In this document: piece after piece, positions 46,638-56,793 of the stretch
Layout of the letters: the number at the start of each line of letters is the position of its first letter
How positions within the stretch are numbered: the stretch's first letter is position 1
Assembly (NCBI GenBank): GCA_965223705.1
Contig: OZ245015.1
Coordinates: 64,001-128,000 of the forward strand
Length of the DNA stretch: 64,000 nucleotides
DNA from: Myxococcota bacterium
GTDB lineage: Bacteria > Myxococcota_A > UBA9160 > UBA6930
Direction of reading: 5' to 3'
Position numbers and translations under genes: made by a program
The notes under the pieces: model-generated
What the model saw: the letters and a program-made list of their open reading frames with translations, nothing else
What the model was told of the DNA's origin: nothing
The model's database searches: none

Positions 46638-47183
46638 CTAGCCGCCGAGGAGCACTTCGGTGGGCGCGACTTCGGCGTAGGGAGAGGAGAGCGCCGACAT
46701 GAAAGCCGCGTGGACTTCGCCAGCGGGAAGTGTGCGCCCCTCGTAAGCGAGATCACGCGTCGCGCAGGCGTCACTTGCGACCCGGACGGCGAAACCGAGA
46801 TCGAACGCTGCGCGCGCGCTCGCGTCGACGCACATGTGGCTCATCGCCCCGCACACAGTCACCGTCGAGACATCGTCGGCGCGGAGTCTGTCCGCGAGGT
46901 CGGTCGCCCGAAACGCATTGGGGAAGTTCTTCGCGATCACCGCCTCAGAGTTGCTGGGCGCAACCGATCCGTGAATCTCGACGCCCGGAGTATCCGGGAC
47001 GAAGAAGGTCGCGCCCTCGCGCACTGAGAAGTGCTGAATGTGATAGATCGGGGCTCCGCGGGAGCGAAACGATTCGAGCAGGGCGGCGGCGCGACCCGCC
47101 GCAGCATCGATACCGACGAGCTCCATCGCCCCACCGGGGAAATAGTCGCGTTGGATATCGATCAGCAGCAATGCATCGGCCAT
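46638..47183 (-). CDS. Isochorismatase family cysteine hydrolase
   Basis: LIDIQ.DYF, K..PNAF, GAMSHMC. Confidence 0.9.
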   Translation of the reverse strand: MADALLLIDIQRDYFPGGAMELVGIDAAAGRAAALLESFRSRGAPIYHIQHFSVREGATFFVPDTPGVEIHGSVAPSNSEAVIAKNFPNAFRATDLADRLRADDVSTVTVCGAMSHMCVDASARAAFDLGFAVRVASDACATRDLAYEGRTLPAGEVHAAFMSALSSPYAEVAPTEVLLGG

Positions 47184-47238
47184 GGCGCCTCCCTTGCGCA
47201 GTGAAGAAACGGTACCACGCGTTCGGTAAACTAGAGAC

Positions 47239-47718
47239 ATGCTGCGCAAGCGCCGAGCCGCCGTCGCCTTCTTCCTCGCTTGCGTGTGCGTCGTCTCGAT
47301 GGGGTGCCGAGATCCGCTCGACACGAAGCTCGAACCGGCGCCCGAGTACGGCCCGCAAGAAGTCGTGCGCATTCAGCTCGAAGCGCTGCGCAACAACGAC
47401 GATCAGGACCGAGGGATCGCGCTGGCATTCCGGTTTGCGTCCCCGGCGAATCGGAGAATCACCGGCCCGCTGCCGCGCTTTGCGCGCATGATCAAGGAAG
47501 AGCCGTACGACTTGATGCTTCACTACGAAGAGGCGCGCTTCGGACCGCTCGAGGAAGAGAGCAATAGTGCCCGGATGCGCGTGATGTTGATCGACGAGGG
47601 CGCGGTGCGACAGTACGTTTTTCAGCTGTCGCGCCGTCCGTTCGCGCCGTGCGAAGGCTGCTGGATGACCGACTCCGTTCTCGTCGACGAGTCTTCGACG
47701 CGAAAAATCTCGCTGTAG
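47239..47718 (+). CDS. DUF4864-like lipoprotein
   Basis: Lipobox SMGC, QLEAL, AFRFASP, GCWMTDSV. Confidence 0.75.
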   Translation: MLRKRRAAVAFFLACVCVVSMGCRDPLDTKLEPAPEYGPQEVVRIQLEALRNNDDQDRGIALAFRFASPANRRITGPLPRFARMIKEEPYDLMLHYEEARFGPLEEESNSARMRVMLIDEGAVRQYVFQLSRRPFAPCEGCWMTDSVLVDESSTRKISL

Positions 47719-47726
47719 CTCCGTTT

Positions 47727-48389
47727 CTACTGCGTCGTCATCGCGCGCCCACTCGCCTTGACGAGGTCGGCTTTTCCGGGAGACGGCGGGACTTCGACGC
47801 CGCGCTGGCTCGCGGGCCGCGCGGCGATCGCCTCCATCCAGCGCTCGAGATGCGGTAGGCCTTCGACAGGAACGCGTGCCCAATAATGGCTGCGCACCCA
47901 GGACCAGTTCGCGATATCGGCGATGCTGTAGTCGCCGGCCAGGTATTCGCGATCCGCGAGCCGCGTGTTCAGCACTTCGTAGAGTCGGCGCGTTTCGTTG
48001 CAGTAGCGATCGATCGCCTGGGGAACCGGCTCGGGGAAGTAGCGCACAAAGACAACCGCCTGCCCTTGCATGGGACCGATTCCGGACATTTGAAACATCA
48101 ACCACTGCATCACTTCGTAGCGTCTGGCGGGATCCTTCGGCAGCAGCCGCCCGGTCTTCTCCGCGAGGTAGATCAGGATCGCACCGGACTCGAAGAGTGT
48201 GAGATCCAGCGCGTCGCGATCGACGATCACCGGGATTCGCCCGTTGGGATTCATCGCCAGGAACTCCGGCGTTTGTTGCTCGCCCTTCGAAAGGTCGATG
48301 TTGTGCACGGTGTAGGGCAGCTCGAGCTCCTCGAGCGCGATAGCGACTTTCCAGCCGTTCGGTGTCGGCGACGTGTAGAGATCGATCAA
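47727..48389 (-). CDS. Glutathione S-transferase (YfcG/YghU-like)
   Basis: TPNG.K, NPNGRIP, FESGAIL.YL, GPMQGQ; TTG start after GGAGG. Confidence 0.92.
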   Translation of the reverse strand: MIDLYTSPTPNGWKVAIALEELELPYTVHNIDLSKGEQQTPEFLAMNPNGRIPVIVDRDALDLTLFESGAILIYLAEKTGRLLPKDPARRYEVMQWLMFQMSGIGPMQGQAVVFVRYFPEPVPQAIDRYCNETRRLYEVLNTRLADREYLAGDYSIADIANWSWVRSHYWARVPVEGLPHLERWMEAIAARPASQRGVEVPPSPGKADLVKASGRAMTTQ

Positions 48390-48414
48390 GAGAAGCTCCT
48401 CCGTCTCGGTGACC

Positions 48415-49155
48415 CTACCCGAACAGGGTGCGGGCGAGAACCGCCAGCGCAGAAAGCGTCGAGAGGCCGAGCACCGCCGGGCGCACGCCTTGCCGGTCGA
48501 TCCAGGCGGCACCCCAACGCGACGCCAGGAAACCACCGATCGCCCCGGGGAAGAGGAGCGACGCTCGGCCGATTTCCGCGGCTCCGAAACGGTCGATCCA
48601 GACGAGACCCGTCAGAGACAGCAAGGCTCCGAATACGAACATCGCCGCGAGGGTCCCGCGCATTCGCGGCCCCGTACTGTGCTGGTAGAGCAAGGCGAGA
48701 GGAGGACCGCCAATCGCGGAGATGGTTCCCATGAAACCCGACGCCGCGCCGGCTATGACGGAAGACACCGGCGTTGGCGAGATCCGCCACCCGCCCATAC
48801 TGAGCGCCACGCCGATTAGTACGAACGCGGCGAACATCACGTCGAACATGGCTGCGGTGATCTTCGCGAGCACAGCGATCGCGAGCGCCGTACCCGGTAC
48901 GCGGCCGAGCAATGCGAACATCACGCCTTCGAGATGGATCGATTTGCGTTCGCGGAACGCGACCAACGAGGTGAGAACGAGGGCGGTCGCCAACATCGGC
49001 CCGGGCAAGAAGCCGGAATCGAGAAGGAGAAGAATCGGCCCCGCGATCAGCACGAGGCCAAAGCCCACCGACGATTGAACGAACGCCGCGACAAACATCA
49101 CGCCGACGATGAGAGCCAACTCGAGAATCGCGAAATCGGTGAGGTGGAGCGTCAG
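48415..49155 (-). CDS. TauE/SafE family membrane protein
   Basis: GFG, SGFMGT..IGGPP; start at TTG 49119 or CTG 49155. Confidence 0.85.
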   Translation of the reverse strand: MTLHLTDFAILELALIVGVMFVAAFVQSSVGFGLVLIAGPILLLLDSGFLPGPMLATALVLTSLVAFRERKSIHLEGVMFALLGRVPGTALAIAVLAKITAAMFDVMFAAFVLIGVALSMGGWRISPTPVSSVIAGAASGFMGTISAIGGPPLALLYQHSTGPRMRGTLAAMFVFGALLSLTGLVWIDRFGAAEIGRASLLFPGAIGGFLASRWGAAWIDRQGVRPAVLGLSTLSALAVLARTLFG

Positions 49156-49200
49156 GCCATGGCTCGTTCTGGTCGAGCCGGCGAGGTCGCGAGCTCCGAG

Positions 49201-49689
49201 CTAGACGGTAGCGCCTTCGCCGCGCTCAAAGAGCGCCTGCGTGCAGGGAAAGCGGTTGCGCACGTCGTCGATCGGCACCCGGGAGAACACTTCGCGAACG
49301 CGGTTGCCGAACATCGACATCGGGATGTAGAGCGCATCGTGCTCGACAGACAGCGTCTTTGTGGCGTGCCCCTTCGCGAGCGCGTCGTAATAGCGGATGC
49401 TGACGCGGGCCGGTCCACTGTCCGTAATCTCGAGCTCCTGGACGGGACTGCAGCGCCCCTCATAAACCGAGACACTTCGGCCTTCGTGATAGACGTGGAG
49501 GATGTTCCCGAACAGCTTCGGATCGCTGAGCAGGCGCCATTGCTCGTCGGTGAACTGGCCGTGGTCGAAGAGCTCGCCGAGCGTTCGACTGCGATCGGAC
49601 TGCCAGGCACCCGCCAGAATCGAGGCTTCCTCGCCCCAGGAGCAACCGAACATCGAGATCAGTAGGAGTGCCGTGAATCGCGCAGCCAT
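49201..49689 (-). CDS. Hypothetical lipoprotein
   Basis: Signal peptide with MFGC, then LAGAWQSD. Confidence 0.6.
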   Translation of the reverse strand: MAARFTALLLISMFGCSWGEEASILAGAWQSDRSRTLGELFDHGQFTDEQWRLLSDPKLFGNILHVYHEGRSVSVYEGRCSPVQELEITDSGPARVSIRYYDALAKGHATKTLSVEHDALYIPMSMFGNRVREVFSRVPIDDVRNRFPCTQALFERGEGATV

Positions 49690-49760
49690 GCGCAGCCCAT
49701 CGGCAGGTTCGTCCGTAGGCTTGAGTTCGACCTACGCTTCTCGCTCGAGTGGCGGACGCG

Positions 49761-50471
49761 CTAGGCGACGACCAAACGGCTCTTTCGGGACGAAAGCCAG
49801 CCGAGCACGGAGAGACTCAGGCCGAGCATGACCGCTGTTGCGGGCTCGGGGGTCGTGGTCACGACCTGTGAAGTGAGCGTGGTCGAGCCCCCGTTGGCGT
49901 CCCACTCGCCATCCGTCCCCCAGCGAAGGCCCTGATTGCCCGTCGCCGTCGTCACGGAGAAGCCGATTCCGAAGAGTCCGCTACCGGTCCGGGCGGCTTC
50001 CATATCGGCGGCGGCCTGAGCGGACATGTTGAAGCTCAGCACCGTCCCGGCGTCGCCGGAGTTTGCGGTGACCGTCGCGTAGAGAGCGCCGTCTGCGAGA
50101 TCGGCGTAGATCGCCAAGCCGGCTGCGGAACCCGACCCGTAGCCGTTCTGGAGCGTGGTGAGATCGGAGGTAACGTCGCGCACTTCGAAGGTCTCAGACG
50201 CGTTCGGCCCCCAGTAGCTCTCGAGCTCGAGCTCGAGGGTGCCGCTCGAGATGGTTTCGGTGACGCTGCTCAAGTCGAACACCATGAACCCGCGGTACGT
50301 CGTTCCCGCCCATCGTCCGACGAAGGCGTTCTGAGATCCAGCGGTGTGACTTCCCGTGTCCGAGAACCAGCCGCGGTCGACGATTTGGATCGTTGCGGCG
50401 AAAGCACTGCCGGCCGAAAGTGTGGTCGCGAGGACAGCGAAGAAGAGTAGGCTTCGGAGTCTAAGAGTCAC
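49761..50471 (-). CDS. PEP-CTERM sorting domain protein
   Basis: Signal peptide (AFA-A), S/T/G-rich body, C-terminal TPEP + TM helix + RKSR; SD GGAGG. Confidence 0.88.
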   Translation of the reverse strand: MTLRLRSLLFFAVLATTLSAGSAFAATIQIVDRGWFSDTGSHTAGSQNAFVGRWAGTTYRGFMVFDLSSVTETISSGTLELELESYWGPNASETFEVRDVTSDLTTLQNGYGSGSAAGLAIYADLADGALYATVTANSGDAGTVLSFNMSAQAAADMEAARTGSGLFGIGFSVTTATGNQGLRWGTDGEWDANGGSTTLTSQVVTTTPEPATAVMLGLSLSVLGWLSSRKSRLVVA

Positions 50472-50499
50472 TTTGATGACCTCCGTTCTGACACCCACT

Positions 50500-50570
50500 T
50501 CATTCGGGGTAAATCCACTCACACTTGAGTTTTTTGTTGCCTTTATCACCTTTTTTTTCAGTTTGAAACG
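50500..50570. promoter_or_regulatory. AT-rich divergent intergenic tract
   Basis: T6 and T8 runs in a GC-rich genome between divergent genes. Confidence 0.45.
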
Positions 50571-50651
50571 ACGCCTTCTCATCCGTCTCCGGCCGGCTGC
50601 CGCCCCGGTGCACGCGGGCCGATGCGGTGGCACATTTCCGCGGTGACTGAA

Positions 50652-51452
50652 ATGAGCGCGCCCCGAGGGGGCTTCCTCGACATCGCCGGCGAACGACTCG
50701 AGTGGGCCGGCTGGGGCCCACCGCCGGACGAAGCGCCCACGCTGGTCTTTTTGCACGAGGGGTTGGGCTGCGTCGCACTATGGCGAGATTTCCCGGAGCG
50801 GCTGGCGGCTTTGACCGGCTGGGGCGCGTTCGCGTACAGCCGCAGCGGGTACGGCCGGTCTTCTCCGTGCGCGCTGCCGCGCCCCCTAACCTATATGCAC
50901 CGCGAGGGTGAAGAGATTCTTCCAGCCGTACTGGAAGCGGCGGGCATCCGCTCCTACGTGCACGTAGGCCATTCCGACGGGGGCTCGATCGCGCTGATCC
51001 ACGCAGGTCACAAGCAGCGTCCCGGTCTCCACGGGCTCATCACCGAAGCGGCCCACGTCTTCAACGAAGACATCTGCGTACGCGCGATCCAGTCAATCCG
51101 CGAACGCTTCGAGGCACACGACCTGCGCGCGCGGCTCGCGAAGTACCACGGCGACAATACCGACTGCGCGTTCTTCGGCTGGTGCGATGCCTGGCTCGAC
51201 CCGGGTTTCCTCGCGTGGAATCTCGAAACCTACCTGCCGGACGTTCGCGTCCCGTGGCTGGTGATCCAAGGCGCCGACGACGACTACGGCACCTTGGCGC
51301 AGGTCGACGCGATTGAACGGAAGGCGGCGGGTCCCTGCGAACGCTTTGTGCCGGACGGATGCCGGCACGCTCCCCACGTCGACCGACCGGACCTGCTCCT
51401 CGAGCGGATGGCGACCTTCGTTCGCGAAATCGACGTCACAGAGGGGGCGTAG
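50652..51452 (+). CDS. Alpha/beta hydrolase
   Basis: LHEGLG, GHSDG, DDYG, HAPH. Confidence 0.9.
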   Translation: MSAPRGGFLDIAGERLEWAGWGPPPDEAPTLVFLHEGLGCVALWRDFPERLAALTGWGAFAYSRSGYGRSSPCALPRPLTYMHREGEEILPAVLEAAGIRSYVHVGHSDGGSIALIHAGHKQRPGLHGLITEAAHVFNEDICVRAIQSIRERFEAHDLRARLAKYHGDNTDCAFFGWCDAWLDPGFLAWNLETYLPDVRVPWLVIQGADDDYGTLAQVDAIERKAAGPCERFVPDGCRHAPHVDRPDLLLERMATFVREIDVTEGA

Positions 51453-51903
51453 GCTCCCAGTACCAGACCTCATCGCCCGAAGGGCTGAGTGCCATATAGC
51501 CGACGCGGCGAAACCGCACGCCCGCCATCTTGTGGGGAACGGTGCAGCGACGCAGGCGTTGATCGGCTGACACATCGTCGCCGCGCAACGTCTCGGGCCA
51601 CCATTCGGGGAAGTGGTTCGGCCAGACGATTTCGGAGACTTCGACGATTTCGCAGCGATCCGCGATCCCTCCGAGCTCTTCCTCGGCTTTTCTGAACGTG
51701 AGCCAAATTTCGTTCGTCTCGACGTTGTGACGCTCGATGATGTCGTGCGCCGACTCGGGGATGAAGCGCGGTATCCACCCGCGGCCCCGGGCGCCATCAT
51801 CGTCCGCCGCAACGAGGTCTGCGTAGCGGTTTTCTTTTTCGTCCGGACCGCTTCGACACCCGAGAAACGCCAACAGAACGAACCACACACATAGAAATCT
51901 CAC
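51436..51903 (-). CDS. Hypothetical lipoprotein (YbbD-like)
   Basis: Lipobox FLGC, RGWIP..IP.SA.DI. Confidence 0.6.
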   Translation of the reverse strand: MRFLCVWFVLLAFLGCRSGPDEKENRYADLVAADDDGARGRGWIPRFIPESAHDIIERHNVETNEIWLTFRKAEEELGGIADRCEIVEVSEIVWPNHFPEWWPETLRGDDVSADQRLRRCTVPHKMAGVRFRRVGYMALSPSGDEVWYWEPTPPL

Positions 51904-52289
51904 GAAGCTTCCTTCCGCAGGCGCTTTTCGAGTCGCCCCACCACGATCGAACCGTGAACGGCGAAGAGTGCCACCGCGAGCACGACCACGGACCACGCCC
52001 ACGGCGACAAGACGCCGCCCCAGATGGCCACCGTCACGGCCGCCGACACGAGTGCGAGAAACAGCGCGAGAACGAGGGCCAAACGCCTGGCGGCGGGTCC
52101 GGATCGGTCGCGTTCGAGCCAGCAGAAAGCCGCGAGCGCCACGATGGCGGCCCCCGCTATATCGGCCGCCACCGCGCCTCCGCTACTCAAGGGGGCGCCC
52201 AATCGGCCGAAGGCCGAGCGCTCGAAGACGGCCAGTACCACTCCCGAGCAGAGCAGCAGCAGGGCCGTTACACGGAAAGCCACGTGCAT
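51900..52289 (-). CDS. Hypothetical 4-TM protein
   Basis: Hydrophobic helices; GTGA overlap with next gene. Confidence 0.6.
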   Translation of the reverse strand: MHVAFRVTALLLLCSGVVLAVFERSAFGRLGAPLSSGGAVAADIAGAAIVALAAFCWLERDRSGPAARRLALVLALFLALVSAAVTVAIWGGVLSPWAWSVVVLAVALFAVHGSIVVGRLEKRLRKEAS

Positions 52290-52321
52290 TCACACCTCGC
52301 GCGCTTCGCAGGTTTCCGCAG

Positions 52322-52672
52322 TCAAACCTCGCGAAGGATGTTCTCGAGGATCTCGAGACTCTCCTGCTCCTCCGGTGCGACCTCTCCGTCGACCGTGATC
52401 ACGCACTCCATCGCCGCCAAGAAGAGTTCGCGATGTCGCCGGGGAATCGCCTTCGGATCGAGTGACTCCACAGAAGGCGGGCGGTTCAACCAGTGCTCGA
52501 CTTCTTCGCGCTCTTTCGCGTCGAACTCCAAGCGGCGAACCAGCGCTCGCACGAAGCGAATCTCTTCCTCGCGAATCTCTAGATCGGCCCATGCGAAGGA
52601 ACAGACGAACCGCAGGAGCAGTAAACGCTCGTCCCGACTCAGCGACTCGAAACTGGTGGGGGCTTCCGTCAT
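52322..52672 (-). CDS. TerB family protein
   Basis: AWAD.EI..EE and ..DG.V..EE motifs. Confidence 0.78.
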   Translation of the reverse strand: MTEAPTSFESLSRDERLLLLRFVCSFAWADLEIREEEIRFVRALVRRLEFDAKEREEVEHWLNRPPSVESLDPKAIPRRHRELFLAAMECVITVDGEVAPEEQESLEILENILREV

Positions 52673-53005
52673 CTACACCTCGGCAACGGTGGAATGGATC
52701 TCTTGGAGCCACACTTCGTACTCGAGCTCCGAGTCCGCACGTACGTTCTTCGGTCTCGCGCCGGTCCCGAACGCGAGATGCGGGGAGACGCGCACGCGCC
52801 GGTAGCCCCCGGGGCGCATGCCGCGAAGCGATTCCGTGATCGCGGGTGAGAGGCGACGAGAGCCGAGCCAGGTCTTCTCTTCCCTTCGCTGCTGCACAAC
52901 CTTGCGATCGAGGGTGACGGCGCAATCGAATCGCAAAACATCCCCTTGCTTTGCCGGCGCTCCGTTTCCTTCGAGCTCTTCGAGAATCTCGATGCCGTCC
53001 CGCAT
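52673..53005 (-). CDS. FKBP-type peptidyl-prolyl isomerase-like protein
   Basis: EGNG..A..GD, GMRPGG.RRV.VSPHLAFG, SEL.YEV.L. Confidence 0.8.
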   Translation of the reverse strand: MRDGIEILEELEGNGAPAKQGDVLRFDCAVTLDRKVVQQRREEKTWLGSRRLSPAITESLRGMRPGGYRRVRVSPHLAFGTGARPKNVRADSELEYEVWLQEIHSTVAEV

Positions 53006-53071
53006 GATGCACGTCCAAGGGTATCAGGAAAGCCGGATGCTAGGCTGTTTCTCCCGAAGGAGTGATCGCTT

Positions 53072-54304
53072 GTGAATGCCAAAGCGCGGGGTCTGCTCGA
53101 CGGGATCCGAGTTCTCGATCTCACGCGGGTGGTCGCCGGGCCGACTTGCACCCGAGCACTCGCGGATCTCGGAGCCACGGTTCTCAAAGTCGAGCCTCCG
53201 GAAGGGGACTTGCTGCGAAAGGCAGTCCCCCGCGTCGGAGGCGTCCCGGTGATCTTTACTCAGCAGAACGCCGGCAAGCGCTACGTGTCCATCGACCTGA
53301 AACGCGACGGAGCGACGGAGCTGGTCTTGCGAATGGCCGCGGAATGCGACGTGTTCGTCGAGAATTTTCGCGGTGGTATCGCCCAGCGGTTGGGAATCGG
53401 GTACGAGGCCGTGCGCGCCCAGCGTCCCGACGTCGTCTACTGCTCGATTTCCGGTTACGGGCAGACCGGGCCCGTCGCAGCGCGCCGCGCGTACGCCCCG
53501 GTCGTCCACGCGGAGGCGGGCCTCCTCGCCTACAAGGCCGCTCAGCGCGACACCGATCCGTTGCCCGAACCCGTCAGCCACGCCGATCTCGCCGTGGGGA
53601 TGCAAGCCGCGCAAGGCATCCTCGCCGGCCTTTTCCACCGCGAGCGGACCGGTGAGGGGACATACATCGACGCGTGTATGGCCGAAGCCATGCTCGCAGC
53701 CAATGAATGGAGCTCCGCCGAAATCAACGGCGGAGTCGACTGGGACCAGTCGATCTTTCGACCCGGCAAAGCCGCGATTGTTCAAGTGGGCGACGGGACC
53801 TGGGTGCAAATCCCGGGGAGTCCCGCAGGCGTGCTACCTGCCCTCGCGCGCTTGACCGACCAGCCGGCGCTTCTCGACGATCCGCGCTTCGACACGCTCG
53901 AGCACCGCAACCGGCACCTCGATGCCTGCCAAGCCGAGCTCGCCCGAATCGCAGCCGCGTTTCCCGACTTCGAATCCTTCGAGCGCGTGTTGTCGGAAGG
54001 CGCGCGTCTGCCCGCCGGCCGCATCATCCCGATGGCCGAGGTTCCGAAAGCCGACTGGGCGATCGCTCGGGGCGCATTCGTCGACGTTCCGTCGGGCGAC
54101 GAAGGAGAGCACGTCACCATCAACCGCGGCGCCCTGCGTTTCTCAAATGCGGCGGCCGGTGCCCAGGGCGGTGGCAAAGCGCTCGGGGCCGACAACCGTC
54201 TCTGCCTCCGCGAGCTGCTCGGTCTTTCGGAGGACGAGCTCGATCGCCTCGAGCGGGACGGAATCCTTGTCGCACCCGCCGCCTCGGACACTTCTCCCTG
54301 GTAG
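53072..54304 (+). CDS. CaiB/BaiF class III CoA-transferase
   Basis: VLDLTRVVAGP, LADLGA.V.KVE, ENFR, SISGYGQTG, HAD. Confidence 0.92.
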   Translation: MNAKARGLLDGIRVLDLTRVVAGPTCTRALADLGATVLKVEPPEGDLLRKAVPRVGGVPVIFTQQNAGKRYVSIDLKRDGATELVLRMAAECDVFVENFRGGIAQRLGIGYEAVRAQRPDVVYCSISGYGQTGPVAARRAYAPVVHAEAGLLAYKAAQRDTDPLPEPVSHADLAVGMQAAQGILAGLFHRERTGEGTYIDACMAEAMLAANEWSSAEINGGVDWDQSIFRPGKAAIVQVGDGTWVQIPGSPAGVLPALARLTDQPALLDDPRFDTLEHRNRHLDACQAELARIAAAFPDFESFERVLSEGARLPAGRIIPMAEVPKADWAIARGAFVDVPSGDEGEHVTINRGALRFSNAAAGAQGGGKALGADNRLCLRELLGLSEDELDRLERDGILVAPAASDTSPW

Positions 54305-54315
54305 CGAGGAACCCC

Positions 54316-54939
54316 ATGCGCCTCTACACCATGCCGGTCGCTCCGAACCCTTCGAAGGTCATGCTCTACCTCGCGGAGAAAGGGATCGAAGTCGAACAAG
54401 TGCTCGTCAACCTCGTCAAAGGAGAGCACCGCCTCTCCGAGCACTTGGCGAGAAACCCGCTCGGTAGCCTGCCGGTGCTCGAGCTCGACGACGGAAGCTT
54501 TCTCACCGAGTCGCTACCGATCATCGAGTATTTCGAAGAGCTCCACCCCGAACCGCCGATGATCGGCGCGACGCCGATTGCGCGAGCCCGTGTGCGACGA
54601 CTCGAGCGCATCGCCGATTTGAGTGTTTCGATGCCGATCGCCCGGGTGATCCATGCGACGCGTTCGCCTCTGGGCCTGCCTCCGAGCGAGGAAGTCGCGG
54701 AACGGGCGCGGCGCGGGTTGCCCGAAGCCCTTGCTGTCCTCGAATCCGAACTCGGCGCTCACCCCTTCGTCGCAGGCGACCACGTAACCATCGCCGACTG
54801 CACCTTGTACGCCGGACTCCACTTCGCGCGGTTCGCGAAGATCGAACTCGGGGTCGCGGTACCTCACATCGACGCCTGGTACGAACGGTTCGCAACCCGC
54901 GAAAGCGCCGCGACCATCCGCCCGCCGAGCGGGCGCTAG
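54316..54939 (+). CDS. Glutathione S-transferase
   Basis: APNP.KV, NPLG.LPVLE, TES..I.EY, TIAD. Confidence 0.9.
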   Translation: MRLYTMPVAPNPSKVMLYLAEKGIEVEQVLVNLVKGEHRLSEHLARNPLGSLPVLELDDGSFLTESLPIIEYFEELHPEPPMIGATPIARARVRRLERIADLSVSMPIARVIHATRSPLGLPPSEEVAERARRGLPEALAVLESELGAHPFVAGDHVTIADCTLYAGLHFARFAKIELGVAVPHIDAWYERFATRESAATIRPPSGR

Positions 54940-55358
54940 CCGTCGCCCGTAGGCCGGCTCGTCTGCCGAATCCGCTCGGCGGGAATGCGAAGCTGCGCCA
55001 TCAAGTACGCTCGGAAAGCCTCGCTGTAGGGCTGCTCCGCCGCGGCGCGTTCCATGCAGAGCAGCCATGCATCGCGCCGGGCAGCGTCGACGCGCAGATG
55101 TCGATGCGCTTCGGGGATATTGATCGGCCCGTACTTCTCCTGGTAGCGCCGCGGTCCTCCCAACCAGCCGCACAGAAAAGCCGCAAGGCGATCGATCGAA
55201 GCGTCGAGATCGGCCGGATGCATCGCCCGAATCTCCCGGGCTTCGGGCAACGTATCCATCAGCTCGTAGAAGCGCGTCACCAGCGCGCGGATCCCCGCCT
55301 CGCCTCCCGCCGCCTGAAACGAAGCGTCTTCGGTCCCGAAGCGCGCCTCGATTTCCAC
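54936..55358 (-). CDS. Group II truncated hemoglobin
   Basis: GGEAGI..LV.RFY, WLGGP..Y, AH, RDAWL.CM. Confidence 0.9.
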   Translation of the reverse strand: MEIEARFGTEDASFQAAGGEAGIRALVTRFYELMDTLPEAREIRAMHPADLDASIDRLAAFLCGWLGGPRRYQEKYGPINIPEAHRHLRVDAARRDAWLLCMERAAAEQPYSEAFRAYLMAQLRIPAERIRQTSRPTGDG

Positions 55359-55883
55359 TTATGTCTCTCGCCGTCGGCGGCGGCGACGTGGTTCCGGAAT
55401 GACGACCAGGCGGAAGAAGTTGATTCCGGCGACGGCCAGGAGCCAACTCACACCGAGGAGGTAGGGGGGAAACGAGCGGTGAAAAACGATATCGGCGGCA
55501 TTCAACACTTGAAGGATTCCGCAAGCGGCGTACCCGAAACTGATGGAGATGAAATAGCGGCGCACACCTTGGGGCAGACCGACGACGCGCACGAACGCCA
55601 CCAGAACTCGGATCGTGTACGCAACGTAAAGGGCGAGGGCTCCGCTCGACAGCGCCCAATCTGCGCGATCCGACGCGCCGAAGGCGCCGATCGGGAAAGG
55701 AAGCAGAGCGAAGAAGCAGGCGAACAGGCTCGAACGGAGCATCCCGCGGTAGGCGAACGCGTCCGGATCGTTCCACGGCTCGGCGTCGCGCCGTCGGAAC
55801 GCGACCACGATGCTCGCGAACCCGGCGAAGCCCAGCGCGAGCTCCGCCATCGTGAGCAGGATGTCACCTCGGTCGGCCACCAT
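55359..55883 (-). CDS. Hypothetical membrane protein
   Basis: AELALGFAGFASIV; about 5 TM helices. Confidence 0.65.
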   Translation of the reverse strand: MVADRGDILLTMAELALGFAGFASIVVAFRRRDAEPWNDPDAFAYRGMLRSSLFACFFALLPFPIGAFGASDRADWALSSGALALYVAYTIRVLVAFVRVVGLPQGVRRYFISISFGYAACGILQVLNAADIVFHRSFPPYLLGVSWLLAVAGINFFRLVVIPEPRRRRRRRET

Positions 55884-55895
55884 CGTGACCGAAGT

Positions 55896-56297
55896 CTAGC
55901 TCGGCGAGGCTCCTTCGATCTGGCCGTGGAGAGGGCCTTGGTGCCAACAGATCAGGCTCCACGTGTCGCCGCTTCGGAGCCACGTCTGGGTGAAGCCCAT
56001 AAATCTCTGGCGAAAGCCCGCGTCTTTCGGCTTTCCTCGAAACGTCGCGTATCCCGAGACGATCCCCGTGTCACCTCGCTCCTGGAAGCGAAGCTCCCGA
56101 GGAACCCATTCAAAGGCTTCCCAGTTCGCGCCGTGGAAGTTTATGTGGTCGACGAAGTCGGCCTTGCTGAAACGCCACGGAATATCCTCATCAAAGATCA
56201 CCATGTCGTCCGCCATCACGGCATACATCCCGTCGAGATCGCCTTTGTTGAGCGATCCGCGCCACCCTTGAAACGCCTGTTCGAGATTCATCGTCAT
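55896..56297 (-). CDS. NTF2/SnoaL-like protein
   Basis: GDLD...ADD, W..I.WH C-terminus. Confidence 0.75.
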   Translation of the reverse strand: MTMNLEQAFQGWRGSLNKGDLDGMYAVMADDMVIFDEDIPWRFSKADFVDHINFHGANWEAFEWVPRELRFQERGDTGIVSGYATFRGKPKDAGFRQRFMGFTQTWLRSGDTWSLICWHQGPLHGQIEGASPS

Positions 56298-56776
56298 GAC
56301 TTAGGCGTCGTCTGCTCGGCCCAACCAGTCGCGTGGGCGGCGAGGAACTGGGTGTCGACTCGCAGGCTCTGGAACATCCAGCGACCGTCGCGCTCGACGT
56401 AGGCTTCATCGTAGGCCGAAAGCAACCAGCGGGCTTCGGACGCACCGGATTCGTCTTTCATCGTGCACGGCATGATCAGACGCCACTGCCCCGTCGCCGT
56501 ACCCCCGGAGACTTCGATGATCGGGTTCATCACCAGGTGGGCTGCGAAGACAATCTGTCCAGAAGCGCCTCGGAAAAACGTCCGGATTGCTTCTCGGCCT
56601 TCGTGTTTTCCGAATTCGGGGCCACCGTCCCAAACACCGTCTTCCACGAACAAGCTGGCCAGCCCGTCGGGATCGTAGTCGTTGTCGCAATAGCCGCAGT
56701 AGCGCGCCTTCAGTTGTTTGATGTCTTCGATCGCCGCCAGTCGCGCGATCTGTTTTTCAAGTGTCCGATTCGCCAT
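56294..56776 (-). CDS. NTF2/SnoaL_4 protein (BaiE/LinA-like)
   Basis: IKQLKARYC..CD, LF.EDG.W, H...NP.I, Y...Y...DG.W. Confidence 0.82.
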   Translation of the reverse strand: MANRTLEKQIARLAAIEDIKQLKARYCGYCDNDYDPDGLASLFVEDGVWDGGPEFGKHEGREAIRTFFRGASGQIVFAAHLVMNPIIEVSGGTATGQWRLIMPCTMKDESGASEARWLLSAYDEAYVERDGRWMFQSLRVDTQFLAAHATGWAEQTTPKS

Positions 56777-56793
56777 CGCGAAGCCTCCGTTTC

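Noticed and set aside
50472..50756. Lys/Arg-rich N-terminal extension of the PEP-CTERM ORF
   Set aside because: Read-through of an AT-rich intergenic tract; SD and signal peptide indicate start at 50471
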